Source of the DNA: Deltaproteobacteria bacterium
GTDB lineage: Bacteria > Myxococcota_A > Polyangia > Polyangiales > Houyiibacteriaceae
DNA: 64,000 bases
Assembly (NCBI GenBank): GCA_034670305.1
Contig: JAXMNT010000016.1
Coordinates: 64,001-128,000 of the forward strand
Reading direction: 5' to 3'
Shown one piece after another: positions 59,612 to 64,000 of this stretch. A program made the position numbers and the translations under genes. Within the stretch, counting starts at the first letter, position 1. Each line of letters opens with the position of its first letter. The notes under the pieces are model-generated. The model searched no databases, was not told where the DNA came from, and saw only the letters and a list, made by a program, of their open reading frames with translations.

Positions 59612-60268
59612 GTGGCCCGCCCCCGCAACGCCGATGCAGCCCAGACCAGACTTCGCATCCTGGAATGCGCGGTGCGGTGCATCGGAGATCAGGGCATCGC
59701 AGGCGTCTCGGTCCGGGCGATCGGCAAGGCGGCGGGCGTCAGCCTGGCCACGGTGCACCACTACTTCGGTTCGAAGGCGGAGCTGCACGAGCAAGTGCTG
59801 GAGTTCTCGTTCCAGCGGTTCGGCGGACTCCAGTCCGAGCTGGTCGCCGCGCTCGCCGAGCCAGGGTCGGTCGAGTCGAAGATCGAGCGGGCCGCCCGCA
59901 TCGGGTTTCGGTTCGGGCTCGCGCACTCCGAGACGAGTCGCATGCTGTTGCGGGCGCAGGTGTTCGATCGCGACGACCCCGCCCTGTCCGAGGTCGCGCA
60001 CGCCCGGCTGCGGGAATCGCAGCGAGGGTTTCTGGATCTCGCGAGCATGGGCATCGGTGCGCTTGTCGGCCGACCTCCACGGGAGCTGCGCGTGCCGCTG
60101 CAGGGACTGATGACGCTGCTGACTCGAATGGCGGTCACCTCGACCGAAGAGCTCCGCATCCTGGCCGGCGCCGATGTGCCGCCGGAAAAAGTGCAGTTCG
60201 AAATGGAACGCTACGTGGTGCAGGTCGCGCTGGCCACGCTGCTCGAACCACCGAAGAGGACTTCGTGA
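59612..60268 (+). CDS. TetR/AcrR-family regulator
   Basis: 'RPR..TRLRILECA...GVSVRAIGKAAGVSLATVHHYFGSKAEL'. Confidence 0.93.
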   Translation: MARPRNADAAQTRLRILECAVRCIGDQGIAGVSVRAIGKAAGVSLATVHHYFGSKAELHEQVLEFSFQRFGGLQSELVAALAEPGSVESKIERAARIGFRFGLAHSETSRMLLRAQVFDRDDPALSEVAHARLRESQRGFLDLASMGIGALVGRPPRELRVPLQGLMTLLTRMAVTSTEELRILAGADVPPEKVQFEMERYVVQVALATLLEPPKRTS

Positions 60269-60885
60269 ACCAGAACGTGCCCGACCATTTGGAAGCCGAA
60301 CCCGCGATCGAAGCCGAAGCCGGCCCGAAGAAACGCATCTGGCCACGCCTCGCGGCGCTCGCCGCCCTGCTCGTGGCGGCGTGGATCGGCATCGAGTGGT
60401 TCGGGCTGCGTGAGGCACTCACCCAAGAAGCGATCCGCGATTTGGTCGCCGGTGCGGGCGTGTGGGGCGTGCTCATGTACCTCGGTGTCTTCAGTGGTGG
60501 CACCCTCGTGCATCTTCCAGGCATCGCGTTTCTCGTCGGCGCGCGCATCGCGTGGGGCCCGGCGATGGGCATGGCGATCGGCTACGTGGGCGCGGTCTGT
60601 GCGGTGACCGTTTCGTTCCTCATCGTGCGCGGCGTGGGCGGCAAGGCACTCGCCGAGATCCGCTGGAAACCGGCGCGACGCGTGCTCGCTGGTCTGGAAC
60701 GCAAACCGATCCGGACTCTGGTCGCATTGCGCACGTTCTTCTCGGTGTCGCCGCCGCTCAACTACGCGCTCGCGCTCTCCCCGCTCCGGTTCCGAACCTA
60801 CGTGGTCGGCTCCGCCATCGGCCTGGTCGTGCCCGTCGCGTTCGTGGTCGGTCTCTCCGACATCGTGCTCCGGTGTTTGTCGTGA
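60265..60885 (+). CDS. TVP38/TMEM64 (VTT/DedA-like) membrane protein
   Basis: Multi-TM pattern with 'LPG..F', 'LR....PP.NYALALSPLRFR.Y..GS.IG..P'. Confidence 0.85.
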   Translation: MNQNVPDHLEAEPAIEAEAGPKKRIWPRLAALAALLVAAWIGIEWFGLREALTQEAIRDLVAGAGVWGVLMYLGVFSGGTLVHLPGIAFLVGARIAWGPAMGMAIGYVGAVCAVTVSFLIVRGVGGKALAEIRWKPARRVLAGLERKPIRTLVALRTFFSVSPPLNYALALSPLRFRTYVVGSAIGLVVPVAFVVGLSDIVLRCLS

Positions 60886-61880
60886 TGCGCGCCGCACGCA
60901 TCCACGCCTACGGCGACGCCGACCAGCTTCGGCTCGAAGACGTCGAACTTCCGACCTGCGGTCCAGACGACCTCCGAGTCGAAGTGAAGGCGGCGGCGAT
61001 CAATCCGATCGACTTCAAACTCCGCGGCGGTGGGCAGCGGGCGGTGGTCCGACTCGCCCTCCCCTGGACGCTCGGCATGGACGTCGCTGGTGTCGTGCTG
61101 GAAGTCGGCGCGCGGGTGCGCGACTTCTCCGTCGGCGACGAGATCTACGCGTCGCCCGGTCACCGGCGCATGGGGGGCTACGCGGAACAGATCGTGATTC
61201 GTGCGGCGGAGTGCGCCCGCAAACCGACGTCGCTGTCCTTCGAAGAAGCGGCCTCCGTGCCGCTCGCCGCGCTCACCGCGTGGGATGCATTGGTGGACGC
61301 TTGCAAGGTCGGCGAAGGCGACCGGGTCTTGATCCAAGCCGGCGCGGGCGGGGTTGGCACCTTCGCCATCCAGCTCGCGAAAGCGCGCGGCGCAGAGGTC
61401 CTGACGACGTGCAGCGCGCGCAACGTGGAGCACGTACGCTCGCTCGGCGCCGATGTCGCGATCGACTACCACACGAGCGACTACGCGGAGATCGCGAAGG
61501 ACTGCGACGCGGTGCTCGAGTCCATCGGCGGCGAACACATCGACCGCGCGATCCGCACCGTGCGGCGGGGCGGAACGGTCGCCGTGATCTCACCGGGGCT
61601 GCCGACCTTCAGCAAACGACACGGGCCGGTACTCGGCGTGTTCGTCCTCGCGGGGCACATCCTGCGCTGGATCATCGGCGCCCGTCTCTCGCGGGGCGTG
61701 AAGGTCAAACTCGTGACCCGGAAGGCGCGCGGCCACGTCTTGCGCGAGCTCGCCACCCTCATCGACCAAGGCACCATCCGCCCGGTGGTCGATCGGGTGT
61801 TCCCACTCGACCAAGTCTCCGATGCCCACCGCTACCTCGAACAAGGGCACGCGCGCGGCAAGGTCGTCCTCGCCATCTAG
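60885..61880 (+). CDS. NADP-dependent oxidoreductase (MDR/quinone reductase-like)
   Basis: 'AAINPID', 'LGMDVAGVV', 'AGAGGVG' and 'GKVV'. Confidence 0.93.
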   Translation: MRAARIHAYGDADQLRLEDVELPTCGPDDLRVEVKAAAINPIDFKLRGGGQRAVVRLALPWTLGMDVAGVVLEVGARVRDFSVGDEIYASPGHRRMGGYAEQIVIRAAECARKPTSLSFEEAASVPLAALTAWDALVDACKVGEGDRVLIQAGAGGVGTFAIQLAKARGAEVLTTCSARNVEHVRSLGADVAIDYHTSDYAEIAKDCDAVLESIGGEHIDRAIRTVRRGGTVAVISPGLPTFSKRHGPVLGVFVLAGHILRWIIGARLSRGVKVKLVTRKARGHVLRELATLIDQGTIRPVVDRVFPLDQVSDAHRYLEQGHARGKVVLAI

Positions 61881-61885
61881 AGCCC

Positions 61886-62027
61886 CCGTCGGCATCGGCA
61901 CCGGCTTCGGCTTCGGGCTTCGGGCTTCGCCATCGGCACCGCCATCGGCTTCGGCACCCGCTTCGGCTTCGGCATCGGCTTCGGCATCGGCTTCGGCATC
62001 GGCTTCGGCATCGGCTTCGGCTTCGGT
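61886..62027. repeat. Intergenic hexamer array (TCGGCA/TCGGCT)
   Basis: Visible 6-nt periodicity between convergent genes. Confidence 0.95.
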
Positions 62028-62041
62028 GGAGAACAGAAGCG

Positions 62042-62635
62042 TCAGCCCGCTTTTCGGACCCGCAGCGTCTCGAGGAACGGCTCCCAGTCCGGCACGAATT
62101 CCTTCACGCCGGAGAGCTGCACGACCACCGTCCAGGTCGGACGCTCGGGCTTGTTGCGGAGCGTGAGCCCCGCTTCGACGGGCGTCCGCCGCCCCTTCGA
62201 CAGGTTGCAGGGACGGCAGCAGGTGACGAGGTTCTCCCAGCTCGAACCGCCCCCTCGCGACCGAGGCATCACGTGGTCGATCGTGAGGTCGCCCGCCGCG
62301 CCGCAGTACATGCACGTGTGCCCATCGCGAAGGAAGACGTTGCGCCGAGAGAGTCGGAGCGGCGTTCGGGGGACGCGGTTGTAGCTGCGCAGCAAGACGA
62401 TGCGCGGTACCCGAAGTTCCCCCGAGGGCGTGCGCACGCCGAGTTGGTCTTCTTCCACTGGCAGCGTGGACCAGGTCGAAAAGTCATATGGCTCGTACCG
62501 CGAATCGAGACCGTCGGCGCGACCTGCGTAGAGCATCGTGAACGCTTGCCGTGCCGTGGTGATGCGGACGGGTTGAAAGCCACGGTTGAGAACCAATACC
62601 GGCGTGGCCAGTACATCGCGCGCCGGATGAGTCAC
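62042..62635 (-). CDS. HNH endonuclease (McrA-like)
   Basis: 'VLVLN', 'RRNVFLRDGHTCMYCG..LTIDHVMPRSRGG.SSWENLVTCCRPCNLSKG'. Promoter TTGACC-N16-TACTCT-N6-GTG. Confidence 0.93.
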   Translation of the reverse strand: MTHPARDVLATPVLVLNRGFQPVRITTARQAFTMLYAGRADGLDSRYEPYDFSTWSTLPVEEDQLGVRTPSGELRVPRIVLLRSYNRVPRTPLRLSRRNVFLRDGHTCMYCGAAGDLTIDHVMPRSRGGGSSWENLVTCCRPCNLSKGRRTPVEAGLTLRNKPERPTWTVVVQLSGVKEFVPDWEPFLETLRVRKAG

Positions 62636-62708
62636 GGAAGCAGAGTAAGAGCCCAATGCAGGGGGTCAATGGTGCGCGCCGAAACGCCGATGCCAGCGGG
62701 GGGTCGCG

Positions 62709-64000
62709 TCAGGACCAGCTGGCTTCGAGTCGATCTTGGGCGTCGCCGAGCGCCATGGCTTCGGCCAACCGCACTTCCACATCCCGCCCGCCGGCGCGGT
62801 CGAGCGCGCGATCGAGAAACCCGACCATCATCACGCTGCGGGCAAGATGCGGGAACGGCTGGTTGGCGATGTCGAGCAACCCGTAGCCGCGACCCACCTC
62901 CCGAACGCGTGGCTCGCCATCGACGAACAGCCGCGTCCACAGCTCGCCGCTGCTCGCGAAGACCAGCTCGGGAGGCACGCCGGCGGGGAGCAAGCCTGCC
63001 TCATGGCATGCGTCCGCGAGACGCCGCCCCGCATCGGCCACCAACCGCCGCTCCATGCCGGCGAGTTCGTCGGCCGCGTCGAGCAACGCGAGCACCGAAT
63101 CCGAGGTGCTGGGCTCGCCGTCGAGCAGCGAGGTCCCGACCGAAGACTCGAGCTGCCGCAGCACCATGGTCGGCACCGAAGCCCTGAGCTCGTCGAGGAT
63201 CGCCCCCACCACTTCGGAAGCGACCTGACCTTCGCCGAGCGCTGGGCCCCCGGCGGTCTGGTCGCGTTCGCGTCGGGTGAGTTCACGAAGGTCGAGCGTG
63301 AAGGTGTCGGTCGGCTCGGGGTCGTCGTTCGGGGTGGGACCGCCGAAGGGGATGAGCGCGTTCTGCATCTCGAGCGCGGTCTGAAAGCGCGCCTCGGGAT
63401 CCTTTTCCATCGCGCGCTGGACGATCGCGTCGAGCGCCTCGGAGATGCCCGGCAGCATGACCCGCAGCGGCGGCGCCGGCGTGTGAAGGATCTGCGCGCA
63501 GAGCTCCACGACGTTGCGTTCCTGGAACGGCCGCTCGCCGGTCAGCAGCTCGAACAGCAGGACGCCCGCGGCGTACACGTCCACCCGTGGATCTCGGGGC
63601 GAGCCGCCTCGGACGACCTCGGGCGCGGTGTAGAACGGCGTGCCCATCGCGCGTCCCATGGGGGTCAGCTGGCGTTCGCTCGCGAAGCTCTCGTGCGCTT
63701 CGAGCAGCGCCGCCACCCCGAAGTCGCAGATCTTGACCTGCCACACGCCCGGGCCGGAGCTCAACAGGACGTTCTCTGGCTTGAGATCTCGATGCACGAC
63801 GCCGCGCCCATGGACCGCAGAGAGCGCGGCCAATGCTTGGCCAACCACGGAGACCGCGTCGTGTTCCGGGAGGTGGCCCTGTTCGCGCAGGACCGTCTGG
63901 AGGCTGTGGCCCCGGACATACTCCATCACGATGAACGGGCTGCCCGCGTGCATGCCCATGTCGAAGATCTCGACCACGTTGGGGTGGTCGACGCCAGCCG
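62709..64000 (-). CDS. Hanks-type Ser/Thr protein kinase (N-terminus outside window)
   Basis: 'HPNVV', 'HRDLKPEN', 'DFG', 'YTAPE' and 'DVYAAG'. Confidence 0.92.
   Translation of the reverse strand, partial: AGVDHPNVVEIFDMGMHAGSPFIVMEYVRGHSLQTVLREQGHLPEHDAVSVVGQALAALSAVHGRGVVHRDLKPENVLLSSGPGVWQVKICDFGVAALLEAHESFASERQLTPMGRAMGTPFYTAPEVVRGGSPRDPRVDVYAAGVLLFELLTGERPFQERNVVELCAQILHTPAPPLRVMLPGISEALDAIVQRAMEKDPEARFQTALEMQNALIPFGGPTPNDDPEPTDTFTLDLRELTRRERDQTAGGPALGEGQVASEVVGAILDELRASVPTMVLRQLESSVGTSLLDGEPSTSDSVLALLDAADELAGMERRLVADAGRRLADACHEAGLLPAGVPPELVFASSGELWTRLFVDGEPRVREVGRGYGLLDIANQPFPHLARSVMMVGFLDRALDRAGGRDVEVRLAEAMALGDAQDRLEASWS

Noticed and set aside
62042-62635. HNH gene as a mobile element or IscB/Cas9-like nuclease
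   Set aside because: It is a small stand-alone McrA-like HNH with no RuvC motifs, element ends or adjacent RNA scaffold.

Overview
A GC-rich bacterial chromosomal window that looks myxobacterial (MYXO-CTERM-type sorting tail, Cys-rich lipoproteins, two Hanks-type kinases). It holds about 50 CDS. Housekeeping genes include clpP, kynA, tyrS, ihfB-like, metB, a split nuoABCDGHI cluster, pepP, yggS, maf and proC. There is also a surface starch-degrading GH15+GH13 pair, an SDR+QueA-like pair, a type I secretion-like operon whose only ABC subunit lacks Walker A, a TetR-RND efflux operon, and a Phytophthora GP42-type transglutaminase-like lipoprotein with a Pep-13-like motif. I found no rRNA, tRNA, CRISPR array or transposase. 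The most unusual signals are non-coding. (1) Sixteen mosaic hexamer arrays (mostly TCGGCN) fill many intergenic gaps. (2) One array abuts a four-helix-bundle (23S-IVP/Avd-like) gene that has a multibranched GAA-hairpin element upstream. (3) At least 11 genes have a -10 box 6-7 nt before the start codon, which points to pervasive leaderless mRNAs. All family calls come from motif recognition by eye, not database searches.
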